A stretch of DNA of 64,000 nucleotides. Origin: Takakia lepidozioides (lineage: Eukaryota; Plantae; Bryophyta). The stretch covers positions 93,062,001 through 93,126,000 of the forward strand of contig CM060731.1 in NCBI GenBank assembly GCA_030704615.1, in the 5' to 3' direction. The notes below the pieces were generated by a model. That model made no database searches and was not told the origin of the DNA. It was given only the letters and a program-made list of their open reading frames with translations. This document shows, piece after piece, positions 48,547 to 61,147 of this stretch (its first letter is position 1; each line of letters opens with the position of its first letter). The position numbers and the translations under genes were made by a program.

Positions 48547-51500
48547 CTAGATGCTTAGGCCAGGGTATGGTGAAGTTTCTGCCTGTTGTGACTGCATCTG
48601 TGTTTCAAGATGCAAATCATGCCGCAATGGTCTATCATGGATACCACTGTATCCCTTCAACTTATTGGCATTGACTCTACCAAGCATCTCTTTGTTAATG
48701 GTTTGTAACATAGCTGTGTTGTAATTATACATCTTATGTATGACATAAGGTCCTTTCCATGGTGATTTAAGCTTAGAAGCTTTAATCTTTCCCTTCTTCT
48801 GCAACCACAGTACCAAATCACCTGTCTTAAAAGTCTTCAATTTACCTTCATCAAACTGATCCTTCGTCTTCATCTGAATTCTAGTCATGTTATCTGTTGC
48901 ATTAGCACGTACTTCTTCCACATCATATAGTTCATGTTTCCTTACTTTAATTGAATCGTCCAATTCCATTCTCCTTCCCCATTCAGTTCTCATGGTAGGT
49001 AATGGAAGTAAAGCTTCCACACTATAAACTAATTGGAATGGTATATACTTGGTGGTGACTTTATATGAAGTCAGTTTGACCACAAAGTTGTCAACAACTT
49101 TCTATCCCAGTCTGTCCTGTTCGCATTGACTATCTTAGCCAAGATAGTGCATAGTATTTTGTTGGTGGCCTCTGCCTGCCCATTGCCCTGTGGATAATAG
49201 GTTGTACTCTTCCTGTGCACAATCATGAACTCTTTAATCAATAGTTCAATGGTCTCATTAATGAAATGACTTCCCTGATCACTGATAAATTCCAGGGGAC
49301 AGCCAAATCTTGTGAGAATATTTTTATATATGAACCTTGTTGTGGACTTAGCTGTGTTGTCTCTCATAGCATTAGCTTCCACCCATTTTGTGGTATAATC
49401 AGTGGCTATGATTATATACTTGTTATGTGTATTCCTGGCTGGTGGATTAATTGGTCCAACAAAGTCTAATCCCCATTTCTGGAATGGTTCAATAGGCATC
49501 GTAGGATGCAAAGCCATCTTCCCAGATCTTTGCAAAGGCCCTAGCCTCTGACACTCATCCCAACTCTTGCAATACTTGTGTACATCTCTAAACAAAATAG
49601 GCCACCAGTAACCTGCAAGTAATATTTTCCTACTGGTAGTCTCTTCTCCAAAATGGCCTCCAGCCACTCCTTTATGAACTTCTTCCAAAACTTTATTTAC
49701 CTCATGGTGGTACAAGCATCGTTTAAGAACTCCATTAGGTCCTAGTTTAAACAATCTTCCACCTATCATAGTGTATGGTAATGCCTTGATAGCTATTCTT
49801 TTCCTCTGCTCCTTCCCATAACTGGGTGGACATTGTCCATGAGTAAGGTAGTATCTGATTGGCCACTGCCAATCTAACCAATCATCTACTCCCTGCACTT
49901 CCACTGCAAATAAACTCGCATCAGACAGTTGATCGTCTACTCCTGTGGCGGGTTCTCCTGTTGAAAGGCGTGACAAATGATCTGCCACAAGATGCAAACG
50001 TCCAAGCTTGTAAACAACTTTGAATTCAAACTCGTGCAAGATAATCAACCATCTTGCTATCCTGCCACTTATCAAAGGCTTGTTCACCAGATAAATCAAA
50101 GCCTGATGATCCACATAAAACATAAACTTCCTTCCAAGTAGATAATGCCTGAATTTCTTGACTGCATAGATCATTGTTAAAGCTTCTCTTTCTATAGTGC
50201 TATAATTCCTCTGCTTGCATAGTACACAGGTGAATCTATGTTTCATGTTACATTTTGGGCTAATACAGCCCCCAATGCTTCTCCTAAGGCATCACAGTGT
50301 ACATGAAATACCATATGCCAATGAGAGTTAATCAGTACAGGTGTAGTTGTTACCGACAATGTAAGTTCCTCAAAAGCTTGTTGACATTCAACTGTCCATA
50401 CAAACACTACATCCTTCTTCAAAAGCTTGCTCAATGGTGTTGCCATCTGTGCATACCGTCTGACAAATCTTCTGTAATAGCTGGTTTGTCCAAGGAATCT
50501 CCTTAGAGCCTTAACATTTACGGGTGGTGGGGGCGCCCCGGGTAGGATGGTATGGCACAGAGCGTCTAGTTAGACACTGTGCTGCTATGAATGAACTACC
50601 ATACAGCATATAATAGGCTAATGGCCTCAGTCTTTCTAGGATCCATAAGCAGTCCCTTCTTACATACAATGTGTCCCAGAAGTACCCCCGAGTTCACACA
50701 GAAAGTACACTTTTCTGGATTCAGACCAAGACCTCTCATCCTGCATCTGGCCAAACATAATTCCAACTTCTGCAAGTGCTCATTCTTAGAGCTATACACA
50801 CTGAAGTCATCTAAGAACACTTGCATGAAATTATCCAAATACTCATGAAAAGATTCACTTATCACTCTCTGGAAAGTTGCTGGTGCATTACAAAGTCCAA
50901 AAGGCATGACTTTGTATGCATAGGCACCCCGGTCTGTGATGAAAGCTGTCTTTCCCTGATCTTCTTCCGCCACTTGCACTTGGTTATACCCACTGAAGCG
51001 ATCCATGAATGAGTACATCTCATGGCCTGCCACACTGTCCAGTACAGCTTCTGTAAATGGCAAGGGAAAGAGATCTTTCTTTGTACAAGCATTCAATTTC
51101 TTATAGTTCACACAAACTCTCAGTTTGCCATTCTTCTTGGGAACTATCACAATGTGTGACAGCCAAGTTGTTTACTCTATCGGGTATATGAACTTAGCCT
51201 CAGCCAACTTCTTGATCTCTTCCCCAACCTTCTGCGCATAGTTGGGATTCATCCTGTACCTTGTCTGCTTGATTGGTACTGACCCAGGTTCCAGTTCATT
51301 CTTATGCTGGCAGATCTCAGGTGGTATCCCTTTCAGATCCTCATAGCTCCAAGCAAATATATCTTTGTATTTGATAAACAAGCTCTTAGCTTCCTCAAAG
51401 AATTCTGGCTCCAAGTCAGCCCCTACTTTCACCATTCTTGGTTCCTCCTCAGTTCCCACATTCACTTCTCTCACTTGCTCTTCAGCTGTGATTGTCCATC

Positions 51501-54500
51501 CAGCCACTACTTCATCTTGTAAACTCACAGTGGCTGGTTCCTCTAGGATTTCTATTCTCCCTCTCTTTCTTCATAGAAATGTGGTGGGTAACTGCTTGTT
51601 TCCCCCTCAATTGGTGTTGTTGTTACTGCACCAGAGCATATACCTTTAAAGCAACTCAAGCCTCCCAGTTGCATTTCTGCAACACGCTCCCACTCTGGGT
51701 GTGCAACAAACAGAGTAGCTTCCTGCTCCTCATCAAGCCATCCCCTCCAGTCATACTCTCTGACTCCACGAGGTCTCCGTGTAGTAGGTAGCCTACCAGA
51801 TTTCTTAGTGGTGATCTGTATCTTGTGCTTCCCATCATGCACAGTCAATAACTGGGAATTCCAGTCATGGAATACCCTGGCCTGTTTCAGCCATGGTCGA
51901 CCCAGCAATAAGAAGTAAGCTTCCATGACATCATCCATTTTCAACACAATCACTGTGATCTTAAAGATCATCTTCTGAATCTGTATCTTTACTCCTTTTA
52001 TCAAGCCTAATGGTTGTACACTCCATTGATCTGCCATTATTACTGTGAATGGGGCTGGTTTCATGTTACTTAGACCAAGCTTATGCCTTAACTGGTCTGT
52101 CATAATATTCACTCCTAAGCCTTCATCTATCAGTACATCAGTCAAGTTTGTGCTTCCAATTCTCAATTGGATTACTGGCATGGAATCATCAAAGTCCATG
52201 ACTGTTTCTCGCCCTTCAGGCTTCACATTATAACTTGTCACATTGTTGTTCAGGTCTGTGTTATCTGTCACATGAGCAATCTGATTGATTGCTTGATACA
52301 GCCTGTGTCTACAATGGGGTGCCACAGCCAATAGCTGCCCAATTGTAATCTCAGCTTTGGATTGGCATATTACTTCCGCCAAAGCCCCTTCATTATCCTG
52401 CACCTGTGAAGCTTTTTGCTTCACTTCATCTTCATCTTCTTCATCTTCTCTTTCAGAGTCAGAAGAATCTGCCATAGGGATATCAGTATCCTTCTGCATT
52501 TCCCTTATGATATCAGCCACTTCCTTGTGCAGTTCCTTCTCATCTCTCCATGCCTCATCATCTTCAGGCACATCACTGCCATCTTCATTTACATCTTTCT
52601 CCTCATCCATTGGAGGTATTAGTTTAGCTTTGCTTCTGGTAACTATCATTGTACTTACTTCTGGTACAAAACATGGCATAACCATGTGAGCTGACATTAC
52701 TGGGCATTCATTCGCAGGAGCTCTCATCTCATTCTGGTGTCTGATCCAAAATGGATAGGCTGCTTTGCGATGTCCTGCCTGGTTACAATAGTAACACAGT
52801 TCTTCACCATTGGGTCCTCGCCCTTGGTCTATTCTAGGATTATTTCTATAATCCTGATTCCCTAGCTGGTAATTCCCCCTTGGATTACCCTGATAGTTGC
52901 CTCTGGGATTGCCTTGGTAATTCCCTCTTGGATTACCTCTTCCTGCCATACCATTGTTATATCCACCAGGCCTACCATAGTGGTCCTGGTCATTGTTTCT
53001 TCTTGGCTGGGGTTGCGCTTGATGCACCCTCACTTGCCTAGGTTCTCTTGTAGCTGTCCTTCTATTGTAATAACAATTCTCAGTAGAATGGTTATCCATT
53101 TTATAGATAGTAAAGTGTTTCTCCTTCATGTGGTATTCAACTGTGGTATGGCCTTCATTTTGGCACTTTGCACACCAAACACCCTTCCTCCAATGTGTTG
53201 CAGCCTCTGTGGCGTATTTTTTCAAGATTTCTTCCAATCTTTTTTCATAGTTGTCTCTCTTCAACTTTTCCTTCTTCTTGCTCTTCCTCCTGAGTTCTTG
53301 CTCTTCTTCCTCATCTGACTCATCTTCGGAGTCCTCATCATCCCTTTTATCTCTCCTGAGCACTCCCAATTGCTCAATTCTATTGGCTGTTTCGAATGCC
53401 TCTTCCATTGTATTATGAGGTAGCATATCCACTTTCTTTTGTAATTCAGGTCTTAGTCCACTCACAAACCAAGTCTTCTGTAATCCTAGTGCTGGTACCG
53501 CAGCCGGCTTTTTCATCATTAACTCCATTTTCTCCATATATTCTTCAACTGTTGTAAACTCCCATACACTTCATCCTCAGTTTTGCTTGTCCTGAACGTG
53601 TTTCGGAATGTTGTACTAAGGCCATTCCAGGTTAGGAAATGATTATTAGGAAACCTTGCATACCATTCACTTGCTTTCTTGATAAGTGAACAAGGAAACA
53701 GTCTCATTTTGGCATCATTGCCATTCTCATTGTTCACAATACACATGTGCTCAAATTGGCTGATGTGTACATCAGGATCATTTTTTCCTGCATATTTAGG
53801 AAAAGGTGGCTTTGCCCATGTTGGAGGTACCGCCATCTGTGGCCCTACACCCTGCCCTTTGACATGTGCTGGTCCTCCTATAGGTGTTGGTCCTTGAGGA
53901 CCTGCTGTAGTAGTGGTGGAACTTCCACCAGGTGTTGGCCCTTGAGCACTCCTTGCTACTAGCCCCCATTTACTTGTAGTACCCCCAGCTCCAGTTGCAC
54001 TACCTCCCACACTCCCTGTCCCCCCAGAGCCAGATCCAAGCTGCCCGCCTCATCCCCCTGAGCCGACACCTTTGTTGGTCTGTGATCCAAGTGCTCCACT
54101 TGATCCAGGTCCAACAGGTTGGGATGTCTTGGTTGTAGTCTCAACCTCAACTGTTGGGTCTACTTCTTCATACTCTTCATCTTCCAAATTCTTCTCTCTG
54201 TTTTCATCTTCCAAGTTCTTCTCTTGGATTTCTTCTTCCTCACTCATATAACTCAACTGAAGTGGTGTTGGAGAGTCTGAACTCTCCGTTGGCTCTGCCA
54301 CATCTTCCTCTCATTCTTTGTCTTGTGTTTCAGAAACTGGAGTTCCTGCTCTTGGTGTTCCATGCCAACTCTGATCAAAGATTTCTGCCAAATCTTTAAC
54401 CCAGGGATGTACCTCAGATCTTTCCCCTCGTGGCTGATCTTCTTCCTGTACCAAATCCCTTAATCTTTCTTGTAAAGAATAAGAAGGAGTGGCATCCAAC

Positions 54501-56170
54501 TCTGGTTCTTCTGGTATGGGTGATGTACTCTCTGGCCTTAATGGTGTGAGAGGTCTAGATGATTCCCCTATGTCTATTCCTCTCTCCCAGAGATATGGAT
54601 AATTAGCTTTCAAATAACTTTCCCTTTTCACTGAATATCTGTGGGGTCTAGCTTCCCTTTCATCACTCATGTCCCATGTCTTTTATATCTTTAATGAGGC
54701 AATAACCAAAACTCTCTTCTGTAGTATCTCTCGTATATGCCTGGATTTCTTTCAAGCTTTAATGCACCCTTGGCTATACTAGAAGGCTCCGTTACCATAT
54801 AACCATATGGCCAGCACGTCTGAAAAGCTGTTCTTGGTGTAAGTTTGATCCATAAGATATCCTTAGGAATCCAATTCTTTACCAGTTCAAGTTCTTCATG
54901 CATGTGAGTGTAAACATTCACCTTCCGTTCCTCCCAACTTTCAAACTCCACTCGTTTAATGGATAGCAATGCTATCACATAAACCAGTGTCGGTAACCAA
55001 CTTGCTCTCCCTCTACAGGCCACTTGACAAATCTTTATCACTCCTTTCTCCAGACCCCACTCTGGATCAGCATCATGAAGTCTCTTAAGAATGTTTTCCT
55101 TGCAACCGTCTGGCAATTCCTCTGAAAGAATTGTTTGGATAATCTTTCTTTCTCAGTTTCACAGGGAATTTGATTCACATCAAATTCCTTGATTCTCCAT
55201 CCACCATGATCCCACCAGATGCCTGTCACATCTGGTTGTTCTTGACTCAGTTCCCCAGTATGGTCGCCAAATGTCGAGCGGCTTTTACTCACCCATCCCT
55301 TAGCTATCCGAGGTGGAAACTCCAAGATAGAAGAGTTGGAAATCTCGAAGTACTTAGTCCGCTCAGAACAATCAGTCATGACCTACAACTAGTGTATCAT
55401 GGGGGTGCTTCCTATTTGTATTCCTTCTCGCATTCATGTTAGCAATTTACCTTACTGTCCATGATTAAGTATCAGATTGCTTTTGCAATCTACCATGTTC
55501 CAACTACTCAAGCATTCATTCCACAACTTCACTCATATCTCTCTACACGGTGTGAATATGAAATAAGAATCATATTAATATCTATCATGTATCAGGCCGA
55601 AGCCATGGTGTCTCTAATCTGCTCTACAGTGCATCTCTACAGCTAAGCATCATCTCGTCGTATCTCCTCCTCTGTGTAATCTCCATCCCTGTGCTCTAAG
55701 ATCGTGCTTTCCACCTGATCCCCTCAAGTGATGTCCAAGACGTGATCTCAAAAGTGACCCCCTCCATGTCGCTACTCTGCCTATTCTACCTGCAAGCTGT
55801 TCTAACCGCCTAACTAACTAACAGTCATCCAAGACAGAATGCACGTTCCCTCTGCAGATGTCGTTCCCACACAATTGTTCTCTGCCAATGATAACCGTTC
55901 CCTGTGAACGCTGTGACGGGCTGTGCCAAGCTGTGTCGGGCTGTGACTGTGCCGAGCTGTGACTGGCTGTGTCGAACTGTGGCTGGCTGTGATAGGCTGT
56001 GTAAGCCTGTGACTGACTATGTGAGCCTGCCTACCACCCCTAAGGCCTGTGTCTGTCACCCCTAAGGCCTCTGTTGGTCTGAGTCTACCATCCGTAAGTC
56101 TGCGCAAAATTAAGGGTAACCCACAGAACCCGTAAAACTGTCTAAGTCCCAGACAGCCCTCTAATATACA
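48547..56170 (-). mobile_element. Decayed non-chromoviral Ty3/Gypsy retrotransposon (Athila/Tat-like), lacking a 3' LTR
   Basis: Gag (CYYCNQAGH), degenerate protease (LIDEG), RT (FLDD), RNase H (HCDA...EREAL), integrase (GGHF, WGLDF, DQG, GQAE, GPY); many frameshifts and stops. PBS TGGCGACCATACTGGGGA (55252-55269, minus) adjoins a putative LTR at 55272 to ~56170. Confidence 0.9.
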
Positions 56171-57650
56171 AAGCAAAAGAGAAGGAGGAACAGGTGGTAG
56201 TGAAAGGCAGTCACATTGAGAAACAACGAGAAAAATAAAAATAAATAAAAAATAAAAAATAGATTTGAGCTACTACTTGGGCTCAATACCGTACAACAAG
56301 AGAGGAATGTGTTTGGGGTCACTACTAATGACAAGAGAGAAAGAGAAAGAATGATTGAGGAAGAGCAAAACATGAGCAAAACAAATGATGATGAAAGATA
56401 GGACTTAACTTTTGCGTTGAGTAGAGAGGAGAAGCGTTGTATGAAGGACCAGCGGAGGAAGATGAGTGCACAACAATTTTGTCCTGCACATCACCAACGA
56501 GAGGATCAGCCAATGAAAAGTGGAGCAAGTGGAGCAAAAAAAGGGAAGGCACAGCCTAGGGGTGAGGCAACAAACAAAAGAAAGATGGAGTCTATCACTG
56601 GAGTTGAGGGTGAGCTGAAAGACATGAGCAAAGGAAAGGAAAAGGAGAAGGACGACATATCTTTCTTCAGGCTGGCTGAAGACAGAAAAAGTGAACAAGA
56701 CCTGCAAGCAAAAGGACCACAACTGGGTGAGAAAGCAAAGAAGGACGAGCTATGGCCACAGGAAAAGCAGTGGTGGCTGAGAAGAGAATGCAGCCATAAA
56801 GCAAACAGTAGCAGGTGCGAACAAAGAAGCGAGGGTGAGCATGATCGAGGGAAGCAATCAGACTTGACTATTTTTTAGCATGGTGAAGATAGAAAAATTG
56901 TGGCTGTTGTGCAACAAACCAGCCCACAAGTTGAAGATCTTCAAGTGTTTAAACAAAAAAACAACGAATGGTGAAGGTAAGAGCTTAGCTTTCGAGTCTG
57001 AAAAGGGAGAGGAGACATGGACAATGGAGCAACACATGGAAGGGAAGCTGCAGCAAAAGAACCCTGCACATTACACATGAGAGGATCGGACAGGGACAAG
57101 GGAGGCAAAATTGCAAAAAGAACAGCCTATGTGGGAGACAGTGGACAAGGGAGAGACAACATTAGCTACTGAAGGTGAAGTTGAGCTGGAAAACGAGAGT
57201 GGGGCAGCAGATTACTTATCTTTTTTTAGGCTATCTGAAGACAACAAGGAAGACAGGACCTTGCAAGCAAAGGCAGCACCGTGGAGTGAGAAAACAAAGA
57301 AAAATGATGAATGGAAGGCAAGAACAGAGCACCAATAAGAACAGTCGGCAAGTAAGATCTGCACATGTGCAAAGAAGTGATCAAACAGTGACACCAAGAA
57401 TTACAAAGACATGTGTAGATCGGCCTTTGATTGAAATAGCAAGCATGAGAGTGATTGCCCTTGCTACTGCGAGTGAAAAAAAGAAAGACAGGTCTGAAAC
57501 AGAAAGGGTAGGATTAGAACACTTATCTTTTTGCAAGATAAGTGATGATAGCGAGAAAGACCCTAGGCTGTATATAAAGAAGACACAGCCAAGTGAGGTT
57601 ACAGACCAACATGAGATCTCCAAACCACCACAAATCCACCCAATGAGCTA

Positions 57651-58663
57651 ATGCTAGTCCCTTGGAAAGCGACAACATCAAGTGGGGGAAGCACAATAAG
57701 TCTTATTTATGTAAACACAAGTGCTCAGGTCCAACAACTTGGCCCCTACAAAGAAAGAGGATATGCCAGGATTCGTAAGTGTAGGATTGTTGGCGATTCA
57801 CGAATACCGTGTAGTTGGGAGCTAATTGGGAAAACACCCAAAGCCAAAAACCCAAAAGTTGTAGTGAGACAACACGTAACGACGAGTCTTTGGCAGTGAG
57901 ATTCCAGCATGCGGGAGTCATTACATACTTTGTTGTGAATGCAACTGAGCTGGAGGGTTATACTCGCTGGTGGAATGGGGGAACAATAAGTGATATGTTG
58001 AAGCTTGATAAAAAATGGGGCAGTGATTGGGACAACAGAAAAATTGAAAAACAACCAGGAACGGAAGAACAGTATCAGACAACCGATCGCTTGGTTCGTT
58101 TCCGGAGAGAGCGCAGTAAACTTGCATGGGCACTTGTGAGCATTATGGATGTTGTCCATAAGAACCATGTCAAACACAATAACTTGTCCCCCAACAACAT
58201 CTTGTTGCATTTTCCACATGACACCGAGGAGATTAAGATTGGAGTGTGTGATTGGGGATTGGCCACCTCAACAGAAATACGCAAAACCTCGTCGTACCAG
58301 TTTGAAAACAAAGACAAAATGACACAGGCTCTTAAATGTAAATGGTGGGTGGAACCTCCAATTGCCATGGCTTTTAACAAGGAAAACAATCAGATGGATG
58401 ACACACCACAAATGCAGACACGGGACATGACCTCGGAGGCCTTTACAGTTGGAAAGATAGCGGTAAGAATAAATGGCGGCGATTCGTATGATGCCAGTTT
58501 TTTCAAGGATCAATACACAAGACTATGTTGGAATTTTGCCTTACGAAGGTTATATAATAGCACGGTCCCGTCTGAGAGGCTCACATTAGCCCAAGTAGTG
58601 TTCCGCTTCATGAACAAACCATTCAGTTGGGTAAAGCCCCAAGACGTCTACAGGATGGAATAG
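57651..58663 (+). pseudogene. Intronless protein kinase-like pseudogene
   Basis: G-loop-like ERGYARI, LIGK, QHAGVI, HNNLSPNNILL and VCDWGLA; frameshift at ~57878; catalytic D replaced by N. Confidence 0.8.
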
Positions 58664-58742
58664 ACCATAGTTTTATACATACTAGTTTTATACATACTTG
58701 TCAAATTATCTTCAATGCTCGACTGCAAATTGTTCTCAAATT

Positions 58743-59095
58743 AGAATTCAATATGCAAATTCAGGGCTGAGCCTGATGAGAGGGCAAAACAGGCTGAAAC
58801 AGGTCGAAGAAGAAGGTGCCCTCACCACAAACCACTACAAATCCACCCAACGAACTAACTTACAGAATTCAATATGCAAATTCAGGGCTGAGCCTGATGA
58901 GAGGGCAAAACAGGCTAAAACAGGTCGAAGTAGAAGGTGCCCTCACCACAAATCACCACAGATCCACCCAACGAGGTAACTTACAGAATTCAATATGCAA
59001 ATTCAGGGCTGAGCCTGATGATGAGGGCAAAACAGGCTGAAACAGGTCGAAGAAGAAGGTGCCCTCACCACAAACCACCACAAATCCACCCAACG
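58743..59095 (+). repeat. Tandem repeat, ~121 bp x 3
   Basis: AGAATTCAATATGCAAATTCAGGGCTGAGCCTGATGA...AAATCCACCCAACGA occurs three times. Confidence 0.95.
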
Positions 59096-59184
59096 ATAGG
59101 CTCAAGCCCGATGGCTGCCCACATCGAAAGCACGAAGCGCTTCAAATCCTCCACCAACAGGACGTGACGTCCGACGTGACGCAC

Positions 59185-59960
59185 ATCTGGATGGGACCAG
59201 CCTTCAACCTCCATTGGAGGCTCCATAGAGCCTAATTGGAGAGAGGAATCACCAGCTGGTAGTGTGCGGAGGCAAGGCTTGGATATATCTGGATGGGACC
59301 AGCCCTCAACTTCCATTGGAGGCTCCACAGAGACTAACTGGATAGAGCAAGCTGTAGCAATTGGTACCGTGCGGAGGCAAGGCCTGGATATACTGGATGG
59401 GACCAACGCTCAAGGCTATCCAAATTCAAGGCATACCACGATTTGTTTCCTGCATTGAGTTCTTCATGTAATATGAAGCATTAGCAATGTAATCTTATCG
59501 TTCACATGACAACCCCGATCTGGATTTTTAAGTATCACGTGCCAAGGTAAACATCCAAACCAGCCGATCGATACGCACATCCTCATGCCATATTCTCACC
59601 ATTGCAGGAGTTTTTGAAATTAAAAAAAAAAAACGACCGTCAATTGTGCGGTCACTTTATTTTCTATATATATATATATATATATAATGAGCGACCTCCG
59701 ACCGAGCAACCAGCTGATTGACGCGCACATCCTCAGGCCATATTCTCAACATTGCAAGAGTTTTTGAAATTAAAAAGAAGAAGCGACCGTCAATTGTGCA
59801 GTCACTTTATTTTCTTTTTATTTAAAAAAATGTTTATTTTATTTTTATTTTTATCTTTAAAAGGAGCGACCTCCGACCGAGCAACCAGCCGTTCGACGCG
59901 CACATCCTCAAGCCATATTCTCGCCATTGCAGGAGTTTTTGAAATAAAAAAAAAGAAGCG
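59185..59960 (+). repeat. Two further tandem repeat blocks
   Basis: CTGGATGGGACCA units of ~105 bp at 59185-59405; ACGCACATCCTCA..GCCATATTCTC..GAGTTTTTGAAA x 3 at 59560-59960. Confidence 0.85.
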
Positions 59961-61147
59961 ATCAGAGTGCAATGACTACGATGATTCTGTTGTCATGGAT
60001 CACAAACAAGTGTAAGGTAGGATGGTAGCAACCTGCTGCCCATCTATACACCATCCTGGTTTTAAAGCCAGTTTTTCCAAAGGTATGATAAGCACATAGC
60101 ATATTACATATGCATATTTATTTAGTGGTGCTACATAGAGCAAAGCCACTTGTAAAGAGGTATGAAAGAATATGAGCCAAAGAGTATCTAAAACTGATAC
60201 AAGGCATCAGCTACAGGAAACCATCTAACACGAGTAGTGTGCATTGACCGGATCATGTAGAAGGTGTACACATACTCGTGCAGGTGGTTTTACCTGGGCC
60301 TAGCTCAATATATCGGTATGAAGATAAACCTCAAAAGCACTATGTTTATCTCAAAGACCTCCGTGCATAAATTCACCAACAAGTTTTTGCTGGAGGACAT
60401 ACCTTATGAAGGTCATTGCTCCATATCTTTGTCATGGAGGGACCTTCTGCCAGGCCAGCAACAAACCATATTAGTATATCAACATGATGAAGAAATAACC
60501 AGAAAGAAAAGTGGTAGATGGTGTGTACAAGAACCACCAAGTACACTAGAAAATGAAGAGTGGGAAGATATTCATGTCATGTCAAGACATGGACAAGACC
60601 CTACTAGGGTCATTGTCAATTAAAGACATAAACAGCCCAAAAAAGGGCACCATCTAACATTTCCATTCTTGTCATAGCTTCCCATAAATTGACATCACCC
60701 AATCATTCTTGATAAAATAGGGTGGGAGGGCGGGGTTTGTTCATGTATAGGTCATGACAACAAGACAAGCATATAAGCAAGCATCTTGTGTTCTGAAAAA
60801 ACAGACTGTTGCAGCCTGTCATACCCTTTCTTGGCATCACAATTACAACAAGACATGCATAGAGCAAAACATCTTGGGTATGTGAAACCAGCCCGCAATA
60901 TTACAGATTCAAGACATGCCCTTCAAGCAAACATCTTGGGTATGACAAAATAATTAGCAGCAGCCTACCTTATCATGCATCAAGCAAGGCATAAGGACTA
61001 GCCTGCAATTTTTCAGAATCAAAACATGCCTCCAAGCAATCCTACTTGGGCATGATGAAATAGATTCCATACCATTTGTACTCACCCCGAGACATGTAAT
61101 CATACAAGGTGTCAAGGGAATGTGAATTCAGCCTATCGAATTGCAAC

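Noticed and set aside
58770-58810. Hammerhead ribozyme (CTGATGA...GAAAC) in the 121-bp repeat
   Set aside because: Stem II does not pair, the core is sequestered in an AGCCTG/CAGGCT hairpin, and I could not build stems I and III.
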